From Candidatus Krumholzibacteriota bacterium (GTDB lineage: Bacteria; Krumholzibacteriota; Krumholzibacteriia; LZORAL124-64-63), in the NCBI GenBank assembly GCA_039714075.1, contig JBDLKA010000021.1:1-45349 (forward strand): 45,349 nt of DNA. The letters run 5' to 3'. Each line of letters opens with the position of its first letter. The first letter of the stretch is position 1. Shown here piece by piece: positions 26,075 through 35,970 of this stretch. Below the pieces are notes generated by a model. That model had not been told where the DNA came from and did no database searches. It worked only from the letters and a program-made list of their open reading frames with translations. A program made the position numbers and the translations under genes.

Positions 26075-28111
26075 TTGGGGATTGAGGCTTCCTTGTGCCA
26101 CCTGGTTGAAATCGTCCTGCCCGTGCCCCTGGCGCAGGTGTTTTCCTATCGTCTCGGGCCGCAGCCGGAGGCGGAGGATGCTCCCGCCATCCAGGAGGGG
26201 GACCTGGTCGTGGTGCCCTTCGGACGGCGCCGGGAAGTCATCGGCATGGTGGTGGGGGTCGCCGGTCTGGCGGACGACATCCGGGAAATCGACGGGGTCC
26301 GGCTGCGCGATGTCATCCGCCGCCTGCCTCCGGAATACCGTGTCACCGGGGACCGCCTGGGGTTGGCGCGGTGGTTGTCGTCCTACTACGCCCTGCCCCT
26401 GGGTGAGGTGGTGCCCCTGTTCCATCCGCCCGCACCGGGGACCCGCGCGCGCGGCGGAGGTGCGCAGACGCTCCAGCCGGAGTACCCCGCCGTGGATCCC
26501 GAAAACATCTCCCTGACCCGCGCCCAGAAGCGGGCGGTGGCGGCGGCGGCCAAGATCCTGAAGGCCCGTTCGTTCGGGGCCCTGCTGTTGCACGGAGTGA
26601 CCGGCAGCGGCAAGACCGAGGTCTATCTCAACATCATTTCCAAAGCTTTGGCCGCCGGCCGGGGGGCCATCTACCTCCTGCCGGAAATCGCCCTGACCCC
26701 GCAAACCCTGGCCAGGATTTCGGCCCGGTTCGGCGACCGGGTGGCCGCCATCCACAGTGGGCTGTCGGCGGGGCAGCGCTGCCGGGTTCATGAGATGGCT
26801 GCCCGGGGGGAGATCGAGGTGGTCGTGGGGCCCCGCTCGGCCCTGTTCGCCCCGCTCAGGGATCTGGGCGTCATCATCGTTGATGAGGAACATGAAACCT
26901 CCTTCAAGCAGGATGAAAAACCCCGCTACCACGCCCGGCATGCCGCCCTGGTCCGGGGCCGGGAAAACAAGGCCGTGGTGATGCTGGGATCCGCCACTCC
27001 CGATCTGGAATCCATGATCAACGCCCGGGAAGGACGATCCCAGTTGCTGGAACTTCCGGACCGCATGGGCGGAAGCCTGCCTCCGGTCGAAGTGGTGGAC
27101 ATGCGGGGCGGCGGCAACCTGGAAGGGTTCACGCCGGCGCTGACCGAAGCCATGGCCGCAACCCTGGCGGAGGACCGCCAGATCATTCTCTATTACAATC
27201 GCCGGGGGTTCGCCCGGGTCCTGCAGTGTACCGATTGCGGGGAAGTGGTCATGTGCCCCAACTGCGATATCGGGGTGACCTATCACCTGCGGCCCCGACG
27301 GCTTTTGTGCCATTATTGCGATTTCACCCGCCAGGTTCCCGAAGCCTGCCCCGACTGCGGCGGTCAGGATTTTTTGCCGTCCGGGGGCGGAACCGAAAAA
27401 GTGGAGCTGAATCTGCAGGCCCATTTCCCGGAGGCCAGGATCCTGCGCCTGGACCACGACACCACCCGCCGCCGCGGCAGCCACCGCCGCATCCTGACGG
27501 CCTTTGCCCGGGGCGAGGCGGATATCCTGGTGGGCACCCAGATGGTGGCCAAGGGGCACCATTTTCCCCGGGTGGGCCTGGTGGGTGTCCTGGCGGCCGA
27601 CGACGGCCTGGGCCTGCCGGACTACCGGGCCGCCGAACGATCCTTCCAGTTGCTGACCCAGGTGGCCGGCCGGTCCGGACGGACAGATGCCGGGCGGGTC
27701 ATTTTCCAGGCCTGGCGACCCGAGGATCCGGTCATCCTGGCCGCGGCCTCCCATGACTACGCGACGTTCCTCGAAAACGAAATTCCCCTGCGCAAGGCTC
27801 TGGGTTATCCCCCCTTCAAACGTCTGCTCCGGCTGGGGATCAGTGGACGACGCCTGGCCCACACCGAAGAAGGGGCCCGCCAACTCGCCGCGGCCGTCCG
27901 CGCCAGCCTGGCCGGAGCGGGCCGGGAAGTGCTGGGTCCCGCGCCCGCGGTTTTTCCCCGCCTGAAGGACCGGTACCGCTTCCAGATCCTGGTCAAGGGC
28001 CCCCTCGGTAAAAAGGAAAAGGACTGGCTGGCGGATTGCCTGCGCAGTTTCAAGGATGGTTTCCGGGGAGTGGACGTGGTCCATGACGTGGATCCGGTTT
28101 CGATGTATTGA
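26075..28111 (+). CDS. priA: Primosomal protein N' (replication restart helicase)
   Basis: N-terminal 3'-DNA-binding domain (FSY...VVPFGRR), GVTGSGKTEVY, LPEIALTPQ, DEEH, PRYHAR, GSATP, NRRGF, four CxxC pairs, GTQMVAKG, QVAGRSGR and YPPF. Confidence 0.97.
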   Translation: MGIEASLCHLVEIVLPVPLAQVFSYRLGPQPEAEDAPAIQEGDLVVVPFGRRREVIGMVVGVAGLADDIREIDGVRLRDVIRRLPPEYRVTGDRLGLARWLSSYYALPLGEVVPLFHPPAPGTRARGGGAQTLQPEYPAVDPENISLTRAQKRAVAAAAKILKARSFGALLLHGVTGSGKTEVYLNIISKALAAGRGAIYLLPEIALTPQTLARISARFGDRVAAIHSGLSAGQRCRVHEMAARGEIEVVVGPRSALFAPLRDLGVIIVDEEHETSFKQDEKPRYHARHAALVRGRENKAVVMLGSATPDLESMINAREGRSQLLELPDRMGGSLPPVEVVDMRGGGNLEGFTPALTEAMAATLAEDRQIILYYNRRGFARVLQCTDCGEVVMCPNCDIGVTYHLRPRRLLCHYCDFTRQVPEACPDCGGQDFLPSGGGTEKVELNLQAHFPEARILRLDHDTTRRRGSHRRILTAFARGEADILVGTQMVAKGHHFPRVGLVGVLAADDGLGLPDYRAAERSFQLLTQVAGRSGRTDAGRVIFQAWRPEDPVILAAASHDYATFLENEIPLRKALGYPPFKRLLRLGISGRRLAHTEEGARQLAAAVRASLAGAGREVLGPAPAVFPRLKDRYRFQILVKGPLGKKEKDWLADCLRSFKDGFRGVDVVHDVDPVSMY

Positions 28112-28128
28112 TTGATTAATAAATCAGA

Positions 28129-28170
28129 TAAGAACCAAAATTGGAATGCCGATAATCAATGTGGTATATT
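28129..28170 (+). promoter_or_regulatory. Overlapping sigma-28-like and extended -10 promoter elements upstream of the protease
   Basis: TAAG-N15-GCCGATAA (28129-28155), and TTGGAA-N18-TATATT with TGn extension (28141-28170), in an AT-rich intergenic stretch. Confidence 0.45.
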
Positions 28171-28266
28171 CCTGTTGATAGTTGCTCTTCACATCGGAGG
28201 AGAGCCCCTAATCGTCCGTCCAGAAATGGATTCCCGAGTCTGGCCATGAAGTCCGGTTATGAAAGG

Positions 28267-31200
28267 ATGCTGAAGTTGCGATCCATCAATGACACCATAG
28301 GCAAACCGCACCGTCGTTTCCTGTTTTTCTGCGTGGTTCTGGCCGTGGCCGCATCCGTGGCCGTACCCATGGTCGTACCCATGGACGCCCTGGGCCAGGA
28401 CGCTCCCAATATCGCGGATCTTCAGCGGCGGATCGATCGGAACGGATGGGGTTTTCAGGTCGATGACCATTTCACCGCCACCTTGACGGATGATGAGCGG
28501 GCCAATCTGCGCGGCTACAATCCGCCCCCCGGTTACCAGCAGGAACTGGAACAGCATCTGAAGATCTATCCCGTGGACAAGAAAAGCCTGCCGAGCTCGA
28601 TCGACTGGCGGGACAGCGACGGCATCACCCCCGTCAAGAACCAGGGTTCGTGCGGCTCCTGCTGGGCCTTCGCGGCGACGGCCGAGTTGGAAGCCTTCAT
28701 CAAGATCTATTACGGGATCGAGACCGACTTGTCCGAGCAGCAGTCCGTTTCCTGCAACCCCTACGGCGCCGGTTGTGACGGCGGGTGGGCCACGGCTTCA
28801 TACTACGTCTTTCAGAATTACGGCGCCGTCCTGGAAAACTGCGCCCCCTACCTGGGCCTGGACCCTCCGGCCGCGCCCTGCACCCAGGAAGATTTTCTCA
28901 CCTACGGGACCATCACCGGCTACGACCACATCAGCAACGATGTCGCCCAGATCAAGGCGGCCCTGCAGAATGGTCCGGTCTGCACGGCTGTTGACGCCGG
29001 TCCGGAATTCGAGGCCTATTCCGGCGGCTGTTTCGACGTGCCCGGGCAGGGGACGAACCATCTGGTCCTGATCGTGGGCTATGACGACAAGCTTTGCGGC
29101 GGCACCGGCGCATGGATCATCAAGAACAGTTGGGGGAGCGATTTCGGCGTGGGCGGCTACATCACCATCGCCTATGGCGCAGCCTCGACGGGAACGAGTG
29201 TCACTCAGTTGCAGTACGCCCAGCCGCCGGTTTCCGTCGTCCTGAACGAAAGCCTGTATTCGACGCCCCTTTATGGTGATCAGCCGGTGGATGTCCAGTG
29301 GACCACCACGGGCGATCCCGTCAGCACCGTCGATTTCTGGTTGGGGATCGACGGGCACTGCCACGACATCCTGATCGAGGAAAACGTCCCCAACACGGGC
29401 ACCTATTCCTGGATGGTACCCAACCTGGGCACCAATTTCGCGAGTCTGGTGATCATTCCCAGTACCGGCACCGAAACGGGGTACGACTTTACCGAATCCC
29501 CGCTGACCATCATCGGCCACAAGACCCGCTACGTTTCGGCTGCGGGCAGCAACACTGCGCCCTACGAATCGCCGGCGACCGCGGCCCACACCATAGGCGC
29601 CGCGGTGACCGCCTGCACCGGTACGGACACTGTCCTGGTGGTGGGTGGGGATTACGTCGGCAATGTGACCATCAGCACCACGGTGAAGATTCGCGGGTCC
29701 TGGGACCCGACCTTCAGTGTCCAGGATATCCAGAGTCATCCGACCCGGATGCAGGCCGGCGGTTCGTGCCTGAGGTTCTACGGGGGATCGGGAGATTACG
29801 GCAGTGTCGAGGACGTGGTGTTCCACGACTGTTTCGGCGGCAACTCGAGCCAGCCCGAGAACGGTCAGCACGGGGGAGCCATCTACAGCCTGGGCGCTTC
29901 CCCGACCATCCGCAACTGCGTGTTCGAAAACAACCGGGCCGCTTCCGGAACGGGAACGGGGTATGGCGGGGCCATCTGCTTTGTCGATGGGTCTCCCCTG
30001 GTGGAGAATTGCGAGTTCACCGGGAACATCGCCAGCGCCGGGGGCGCCGTGGGGGTGTTCGGGACCGCGGTCGCCACTTTCAACGATTGCACCTTCACCG
30101 CCAACGGGAACAGCGATCTTTTCGAGGGTAATCACGGCGCGGCCCTCTTCGTCGAGGACGGCACCCTGATCCTCAACGGCGGCAGTGTGACCGCCGGAAC
30201 CGACAGCTTCAGGGGCGGCGCCCTGGCCCTGATCCAGGGGCAGGCCGTCCTGGACGGGGTTCTGGTGGAAGGCAACGGGACCGTTGGCGGCGGCGGCGCC
30301 GTCTACGCCGAAGGCGGCATCCTGGAACTGACCAATACCCACCTGGCCAACAATACCAGCGGCAGCGGCAGCGGTGGCGGAATTGAAGCCACCGGCACCC
30401 ACCTGGTCCTGCGCAACACCAGGATCGGCGGGAATATCTCCGGCAATATCGGCGGCGGCATCTATGCCATGTCGGTCACCGGTCTGGTCGAGAATTGCCA
30501 GGCCGACGGCAACCAGGGGGCCAGCGTCGGCGGCATGTTCCTGATGGGGGCCGGGGAACTGATTGTCCGGAACAACATGGTCTTTGCCAATGACAGCGGC
30601 GGATTGTTGGCCACGGGCACCCTGGTGACCGAGGACTGGAACAACGTCTGGAACAATATCGGGGGCGACTACCTGTCCGGGACTCCGGGTGCCCATGACT
30701 TGAGCCGGGATCCCCTGTTCGTGGATGAAGCGGGCGGGGACTTCGGCCTGGGCTGCTATTCCCCCTGCATCGACGGGGGCGAACTCGATCCCATGTGCCT
30801 GGATCCGGACGGTTCGCGGGCGGATATCGGCCTGCTCGGCGGGCCCGGGGCGGATTTTGCGGGTCCCGCCGCGGTCAGCGGCCTGGCTCTCGCGGACCTG
30901 GTCGGCGGCACATTCAGGTTGACCTGGGATCTGGGCCCGGAGCCCGATCTGGACCGCTACGTCATCTACCGGGATTCCGTGGAAGTGTTCATCCCTTCCA
31001 TCGACAAGGCCCTCTCTTCGGTAACCGCTCCCACCGTCACTTTCGACGACACCCCGCCCGTGGGTGATTGGTATTATCTGGTGTCGGCGGTCGATACCGA
31101 CGGCTACGGCGGGGGATACTCTGAAAAGGTTTTCGCTTCCGGGGGTGTGTCGGCGGTTGATGACGCCCTGCCGAAAACCATGGCCATCGCCCGCATTGCC

Positions 31201-31452
31201 CCGAACCCGTTCAACCCGCGGACGACGATCCATTTTGATGTCCCGCGGTCCGGCAACATCAAGCTGGGGATCTACGACGTGCGCGGGCATCTGGTGCGGG
31301 AACTGGTTACCGGTACGCTCGTTCCCGGGCGGCACAGCGAGGTGTGGGACGGTCGCGATCGCAGCGGCCATGCGGCAGCCGCGGGTGTCTACTTCGTCAG
31401 GATGACGGGTGAGGGGAGATCGTTGACCAGGAAGATGGTTCTGGCCAAATAG
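28267..31452 (+). CDS. Secreted papain-family (C1A) cysteine protease with right-handed beta-helix repeats, FN3-like domain and FlgD-Ig/T9SS-like C-terminal domain
   Basis: Signal peptide and catalytic QGSCGSCWAF, NHLVLIVGYD and WIIKNSWG. Repeated GGA(I/V/L) and FxxN motifs. C-terminus PNPFNP...IYDVRG.LV..L...WDGRD..G...AGVYF...KMVLAK. Confidence 0.88.
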   Translation: MLKLRSINDTIGKPHRRFLFFCVVLAVAASVAVPMVVPMDALGQDAPNIADLQRRIDRNGWGFQVDDHFTATLTDDERANLRGYNPPPGYQQELEQHLKIYPVDKKSLPSSIDWRDSDGITPVKNQGSCGSCWAFAATAELEAFIKIYYGIETDLSEQQSVSCNPYGAGCDGGWATASYYVFQNYGAVLENCAPYLGLDPPAAPCTQEDFLTYGTITGYDHISNDVAQIKAALQNGPVCTAVDAGPEFEAYSGGCFDVPGQGTNHLVLIVGYDDKLCGGTGAWIIKNSWGSDFGVGGYITIAYGAASTGTSVTQLQYAQPPVSVVLNESLYSTPLYGDQPVDVQWTTTGDPVSTVDFWLGIDGHCHDILIEENVPNTGTYSWMVPNLGTNFASLVIIPSTGTETGYDFTESPLTIIGHKTRYVSAAGSNTAPYESPATAAHTIGAAVTACTGTDTVLVVGGDYVGNVTISTTVKIRGSWDPTFSVQDIQSHPTRMQAGGSCLRFYGGSGDYGSVEDVVFHDCFGGNSSQPENGQHGGAIYSLGASPTIRNCVFENNRAASGTGTGYGGAICFVDGSPLVENCEFTGNIASAGGAVGVFGTAVATFNDCTFTANGNSDLFEGNHGAALFVEDGTLILNGGSVTAGTDSFRGGALALIQGQAVLDGVLVEGNGTVGGGGAVYAEGGILELTNTHLANNTSGSGSGGGIEATGTHLVLRNTRIGGNISGNIGGGIYAMSVTGLVENCQADGNQGASVGGMFLMGAGELIVRNNMVFANDSGGLLATGTLVTEDWNNVWNNIGGDYLSGTPGAHDLSRDPLFVDEAGGDFGLGCYSPCIDGGELDPMCLDPDGSRADIGLLGGPGADFAGPAAVSGLALADLVGGTFRLTWDLGPEPDLDRYVIYRDSVEVFIPSIDKALSSVTAPTVTFDDTPPVGDWYYLVSAVDTDGYGGGYSEKVFASGGVSAVDDALPKTMAIARIAPNPFNPRTTIHFDVPRSGNIKLGIYDVRGHLVRELVTGTLVPGRHSEVWDGRDRSGHAAAAGVYFVRMTGEGRSLTRKMVLAK

Positions 31453-31473
31453 GGAAACCGGCCGGGTGGAGGA

Positions 31474-32604
31474 TCAGTCCAACCATTTGGCGATTTCCGT
31501 GACGGCCACCTTGCCGTGAATGTCCATTTTACCGATCCGCTCGGGAAGCACCCACCGCAGGCCTTCCCGGGCGGATTGTTTTTTGTCTCCGGCCAGCAGG
31601 CGTTCCAGGACCTCGGTGCCGGGGCAGGCGTAGGAAACGGGCAGCCCGCAGGCTTCCAGCAGTTCGATCACCTGAACGGCCGTCTCCAGGGGGCAGATCC
31701 CTCGTTCGGTGGCGATCCGGAACACCACGGCCATGCCGACGGCCACGGCCTGGCCGTGGCTCAGGGGACTGTCCGTCTCGTGGCTCCAGGCCTCCAGCGC
31801 GTGTCCCAGCGTGTGGCCCAGGTTCAGGGAACGCCGGATGCCCTGCTCCCGAAAATCCTGGTTGACGACGCGCACCTTGACCGTTGCCGCCTGGCCGATC
31901 CATTGCCGCCAGGGCAGGGCGCCGAGAATGCCGTGCACCGCTTCGTCGGCGGGGCCGTCGGCCAGAAGGTCGGCCAGCCGGCCGCGGGTGTGGTGAAGAT
32001 GGGCGAAGAGCCGGGGATCGCCGATGATGGCGGTCTTGACCATTTCGGCGAGTCCGTCCCGCCACATCCCCCGGGGCAGGGTGGCGAGAAAACCGCAATC
32101 GGCCAGGATGCCGGCCGCGGGATGGAACACGCCGACGGGGTTCTTGAGACCGGCCGCGTTGAGGGCCGTCTTGCCCCCGATGGACGCGTCCACCATGGCC
32201 AGCAGAGTGGTGGGGATGGCGACGAAATTCACCCCGCGCCGCCAGGTGGCGGCCGCCAGGCCCGCCAGATCGAGCACCGCCCCGCCGCCGACGCCCACGA
32301 TGGTTCCGTCCCGGGAAATTTCCCGGGATCCGAGCCAGTCGTAGACTTCGGCCAAGCGGCCCAGGGTCTTGGTGGTTTCGCCCCCCGGCACCACCAGGGC
32401 TTCGTGCTTGAAGTGACCGCAGCCTTCCTGGATCTGCTCCAGCCAGCGCGGATGCAACTCCGCCACCGTCGCATCCATGATGTAGACGGGCGGCGGATGG
32501 GCCACGAAACGACCCAGATCCAGGCAGGCCAGCGGACCGAGGACATACCGGCTCGGGTGCCCGTCCAGAATCATGTCGAGGATCAGTGAACCATCCGGCG
32601 TCAA
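31474..32604 (-). CDS. aroB: 3-dehydroquinate synthase
   Basis: GGETTK, GGGAVLDLAG, RRGV, PTTLLAMVDASIGGKT, KNPVGVF, GLAEMVK, LNLGHTLGHALE, HGQAV and DKK. Confidence 0.88.
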   Translation of the reverse strand: MTPDGSLILDMILDGHPSRYVLGPLACLDLGRFVAHPPPVYIMDATVAELHPRWLEQIQEGCGHFKHEALVVPGGETTKTLGRLAEVYDWLGSREISRDGTIVGVGGGAVLDLAGLAAATWRRGVNFVAIPTTLLAMVDASIGGKTALNAAGLKNPVGVFHPAAGILADCGFLATLPRGMWRDGLAEMVKTAIIGDPRLFAHLHHTRGRLADLLADGPADEAVHGILGALPWRQWIGQAATVKVRVVNQDFREQGIRRSLNLGHTLGHALEAWSHETDSPLSHGQAVAVGMAVVFRIATERGICPLETAVQVIELLEACGLPVSYACPGTEVLERLLAGDKKQSAREGLRWVLPERIGKMDIHGKVAVTEIAKWLD

Positions 32605-32649
32605 CGGAATTCCTATCGTTTTTACAGTCGATTACACGTCCGGCGCATC

Positions 32650-32685
32650 ATGTAAATCATTTATGCTACAATGATTTTCATAATC
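32650..32685. promoter_or_regulatory. Palindromic operator / Fur-box-like site between aroB and por
   Basis: ATGTAAATCATT-N8-AATGATTTTCAT is a 12-bp inverted repeat with 1 mismatch. 32667-32685 matches 14/19 of the Fur consensus. Confidence 0.5.
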
Positions 32686-32830
32686 AACAATGCCGGGTTT
32701 TGGTCCGCCGTTTTTCTTGTTTCATCCGGACAAGATAGCTACTTTTCACCCTCCGGGGGGTTTTCATCTTACACCTTCGGAACTTTGATTTCCACCAACG
32801 CCCTGAATTTTCAATACAAGGAGTATTTCC

Positions 32831-33412
32831 ATGGCAGGTCAGATGGTTGAAATCCGCTGGCATGCGAGGGGTGGGCAGGGGGCCAAGACGGCCGCCATGT
32901 TCCTGGCCGAGGCTGTCCTGACCAAGGGCAAGTTTGGCCAGGGATTTCCGGAATACGGTCCCGAACGCCGGGGCGCTCCCATGCGGGGTTTTACGCGTAT
33001 TTCCGATACCCCCATTCGCAGGCATTGCATGATCGAAAAGCCCGGTATCGTGATCGTTCTGGATCCCACCCTGCTTGACAGCCCCGCCGCCGGGGTCACC
33101 GCCGGTACGGACCAGGGTACGGTTTTCATCGTCAACACGACCGAAAACCCGGACTCCATCGGCAAGAAGCTGGGCGTCGACGGCGCCGAGGTTCACACTG
33201 TCGATGCCACCGGCATCGCCCTGGACGCCATCGGCCGACCCATTCCGAACATGCCCATGATCGGCGCCCTGCTGGCCGTCGACGACATGATGACCGTCGA
33301 CGAACTCAAGGGAGCCCTGGTCGAGCAGCTGGGGGCCAAATTTTCCCAGGTCGTCATCGATGGGAACCTGGCCGCCGTGGAGCGCGCCAACAAGGAGCTG
33401 GTGTCCGCATGA
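32831..33412 (+). CDS. porC: Pyruvate/2-oxoacid:ferredoxin oxidoreductase gamma subunit
   Basis: [32 protein letters not shown] and VDATGIA...[17 protein letters not shown]. Confidence 0.93.
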   Translation: MAGQMVEIRWHARGGQGAKTAAMFLAEAVLTKGKFGQGFPEYGPERRGAPMRGFTRISDTPIRRHCMIEKPGIVIVLDPTLLDSPAAGVTAGTDQGTVFIVNTTENPDSIGKKLGVDGAEVHTVDATGIALDAIGRPIPNMPMIGALLAVDDMMTVDELKGALVEQLGAKFSQVVIDGNLAAVERANKELVSA

Positions 33413-33717
33413 GTTTCATCAAGAACGACGACCTGCACGAAGGCGGGATCATTCGGGACGCCGGTAACGCGACGACCTACAAGACGGGGGACTGGCGCAC
33501 CTTCGTGCCCGAGTTCATCGAGGACAACTGCATCCAGTGCATGTTCTGCTGGATCTACTGTCCCGACAGCGCCATCGAGATCGACACCTCGGGTGACAAG
33601 CCCATCATGAAGGGCATCATCCTGGACCACTGCAAGGGGTGCGGTATCTGCGCCCACGAATGTCCTCCCGCCAAGAAGGGCAAGTCCGCCCTCGTCATGG
33701 TCAGGGAAGAGAAATAG
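33409..33717 (+). CDS. porD: Pyruvate/2-oxoacid:ferredoxin oxidoreductase delta subunit (2x[4Fe-4S])
   Basis: [21 protein letters not shown] and [16 protein letters not shown] overlap. Confidence 0.95.
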   Translation: MSFIKNDDLHEGGIIRDAGNATTYKTGDWRTFVPEFIEDNCIQCMFCWIYCPDSAIEIDTSGDKPIMKGIILDHCKGCGICAHECPPAKKGKSALVMVREEK

Positions 33718-33742
33718 GCTTTTGCCGGAAAGGATCCGAGTC

Positions 33743-34918
33743 ATGGAACAGAAACTCGTGGCACTGTCCGGCAATGAGGCCGTGGCCTACGCTTTCAAGC
33801 AGGCCCAGCCTCATGTCGCGGCAGCCTTCCCCATCACTCCCCAGACGGAGATGATGCACAAATACGCCGAGTTCGTCGCCAACGGCGAATCGAGCACGGA
33901 GATGATCCTGGTCGAGAGCGAACATTCGGCCATGAGCGCCGCGGTGGGCAGCGCCGCCGCCGGCGCGCGTACGTTCACCGCCACCAGCAGCGCCGGGTTC
34001 GCCCTGATGTGGGAAGTGGTGTACATCGCCGCTTCGCTGCGCCTGCCCATCTGCATGGCCCTGGTCAACCGGGCCCTGAGCGGGAACATCAACATCCACT
34101 GCGACCACAGCGATTCGATGGGCGGCCGTGACGCCGGCTGGCTGCACCTGTTCAGCGAAAACGCGCAGGAGAGCTATGACAACTCGATCATGGCCTGGCG
34201 CATCGCCGAGCACATGGACGTCCGTCTGCCGGTGATGGTCAACTACGACGGCTTCATCATCAGTCACACGGCCGACGCCCTGAAGATGCTGCCGGACGAC
34301 GCGGCCTACGACTTCATCGGGAAGTACAAGCCGAACTTCTCCCTGTTGGATGTCGAAAACCCCATCACGGTCGGGCCCCTGGACCTGACGGACTACTACT
34401 TCGAGCACAAGGCCAGCCAGCTGGCCGCCTACGACAAGGCGCCCGGAGTGATCAAGGCCGTCAGCGAGGAATTCGGCGCCCTGACCGGCCGGTACTACGA
34501 CTTCTGCGAAGAGTACAAGATGGACGACGCAGACATGGTGATGGTCATGCTGGGCTCGAGCGCGGGCACGGCCAAGGACGTCATCGACGAGTACCGCGAG
34601 AAGGGCGTGAAGGTCGGTCTGCTGAAGATGCGCACCTTCCGGCCCTTCCCTCACGCGTACATCGCCGAGAAACTGGCCGGCCGCAAGGCCGTCTGCGTGC
34701 TGGACCGCAGCGCCAGCTTCGGCGGCCAAGGCGGTCCGGTGTTCATGGAGATCCGCTCGGCCATGTACGGCCAGCAGGTTCCCATCCATGGGTACATCTA
34801 CGGCCTCGGTGGCCGCGACTTCGATCTGCAGCAGGTCGAGACGGTCATCGAGGATCTGCAGAAGGTCGCCGCCGGCGGCGCGATGAACGACATCAACCTC
34901 CTGGGTATCAGGTCCTAG
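33743..34918 (+). CDS. porA: Pyruvate/2-oxoacid:ferredoxin oxidoreductase alpha subunit
   Basis: GNEAVA, FPITPQT, ESEHSAMSA, TATSSAG, NRALS..NIHCDHSD, DGFIISH, FRPFP and GLGGRD. Confidence 0.95.
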   Translation: MEQKLVALSGNEAVAYAFKQAQPHVAAAFPITPQTEMMHKYAEFVANGESSTEMILVESEHSAMSAAVGSAAAGARTFTATSSAGFALMWEVVYIAASLRLPICMALVNRALSGNINIHCDHSDSMGGRDAGWLHLFSENAQESYDNSIMAWRIAEHMDVRLPVMVNYDGFIISHTADALKMLPDDAAYDFIGKYKPNFSLLDVENPITVGPLDLTDYYFEHKASQLAAYDKAPGVIKAVSEEFGALTGRYYDFCEEYKMDDADMVMVMLGSSAGTAKDVIDEYREKGVKVGLLKMRTFRPFPHAYIAEKLAGRKAVCVLDRSASFGGQGGPVFMEIRSAMYGQQVPIHGYIYGLGGRDFDLQQVETVIEDLQKVAAGGAMNDINLLGIRS

Positions 34919-34934
34919 GAAAGGAGGCACAATC

Positions 34935-35873
34935 ATGGCAACTAATCTCAAACAGTTGACAGGAAACGAAGACCTCCTCGCCGGGGGACACCGCGCCTGC
35001 GCGGGCTGCACGGGGTCCAACATCCTGCGGCAGATCATGCTGACCGCGGGCGCCGACACCGTGGTAGGCGGCGCGACAGGTTGCATGGAAGTGGTCACCA
35101 CCATCTTCCCGTACACGGCCTGGAAGACTTCGTTCATCCACAGCGCGTTCGAGAACTGCGCCGCGACCATCAGCGGGGTGGAGACGGCCTTCCGTTCGCT
35201 CAAGAAGCACGGCGAACTGCCGGTCGAGCGGGATCACATGAACTTCATCGCCTTCGGCGGCGACGGCGGCACCTACGACATCGGTCTGCAGTCCCTGTCC
35301 GGCGCGATGGAACGTGGTCACAACATGCTCTACGTGTGCTACGACAACGAGGCCTACATGAACACCGGGATCCAGCGTTCGAGCGCGACGCCCCTGGGCG
35401 CCCACACCTCGACCGCGCCCGCGGGTTCGGTCAAGCAGGGCAAGGAGCAGAACCGCAAGGACCTGACCAAGATCATGGTCGCGCACAACATTCCCTACGT
35501 GGCCCAGACCACGCCCTTCCACTGGAAGGACCTGGCCATGAAGGTGGAGAAGGCACTGGCGGCCGACGGTCCCGCGTTCCTGAACATCCTGATGCCCTGC
35601 ACCGTGGGTTGGCACTTCGATCCGGCCATCGGGATCGAGCTTTCCAAGGAAGCGGTGGAGACCAACTTCTGGCCCCTGTTCGAGGTCGAGAACGGGGTGT
35701 ACAAGATCAACCAGAAGCCCAAGGAACGGAAACCCATCGTCGACTGGATGAAGAAGCAGGGCCGCTTCAAGCACCTGTTCAAGCCCGGCAACGAGCACAT
35801 CCTCGAGACAAGCCAGCAGTATGTGGATTCCGAGTGGGAGAAGCTGCTCAAGCTGGAGGCGAAGGACGCCTAG
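34935..35873 (+). CDS. porB: Pyruvate/2-oxoacid:ferredoxin oxidoreductase beta subunit (TPP-binding)
   Basis: GHRACAGC, ATGCMEV, GGDGGTYDIG.Q.LSG, YDNEAYMNTGIQRS and PC..GW; AGGAGG RBS. Confidence 0.95.
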   Translation: MATNLKQLTGNEDLLAGGHRACAGCTGSNILRQIMLTAGADTVVGGATGCMEVVTTIFPYTAWKTSFIHSAFENCAATISGVETAFRSLKKHGELPVERDHMNFIAFGGDGGTYDIGLQSLSGAMERGHNMLYVCYDNEAYMNTGIQRSSATPLGAHTSTAPAGSVKQGKEQNRKDLTKIMVAHNIPYVAQTTPFHWKDLAMKVEKALAADGPAFLNILMPCTVGWHFDPAIGIELSKEAVETNFWPLFEVENGVYKINQKPKERKPIVDWMKKQGRFKHLFKPGNEHILETSQQYVDSEWEKLLKLEAKDA

Positions 35874-35895
35874 GTTCCGGCTGCCGCTGTAAAGG

Positions 35896-35930
35896 AAAGG
35901 CCCGTCTCCCGGAGGAGGCGGGCCTTTTTC
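35896..35930 (+). terminator. Intrinsic (probably bidirectional) terminator after porB
   Basis: AAAGGCCCGTCTCC-cgga-GGAGGCGGGCCTTTTT: a GC stem with T-tract and upstream A-tract, between convergent genes. Confidence 0.85.
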
Positions 35931-35970
35931 ACATCACGGTCCATTCCGGACAATTCGGGGCGGCGATTCC

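Noticed and set aside
28112..28127. FNR box (TTGATTAATAAATCAG)
   Set aside because: Half-site spacing is 6 nt, not the 4 nt of TTGAT-N4-ATCAA.
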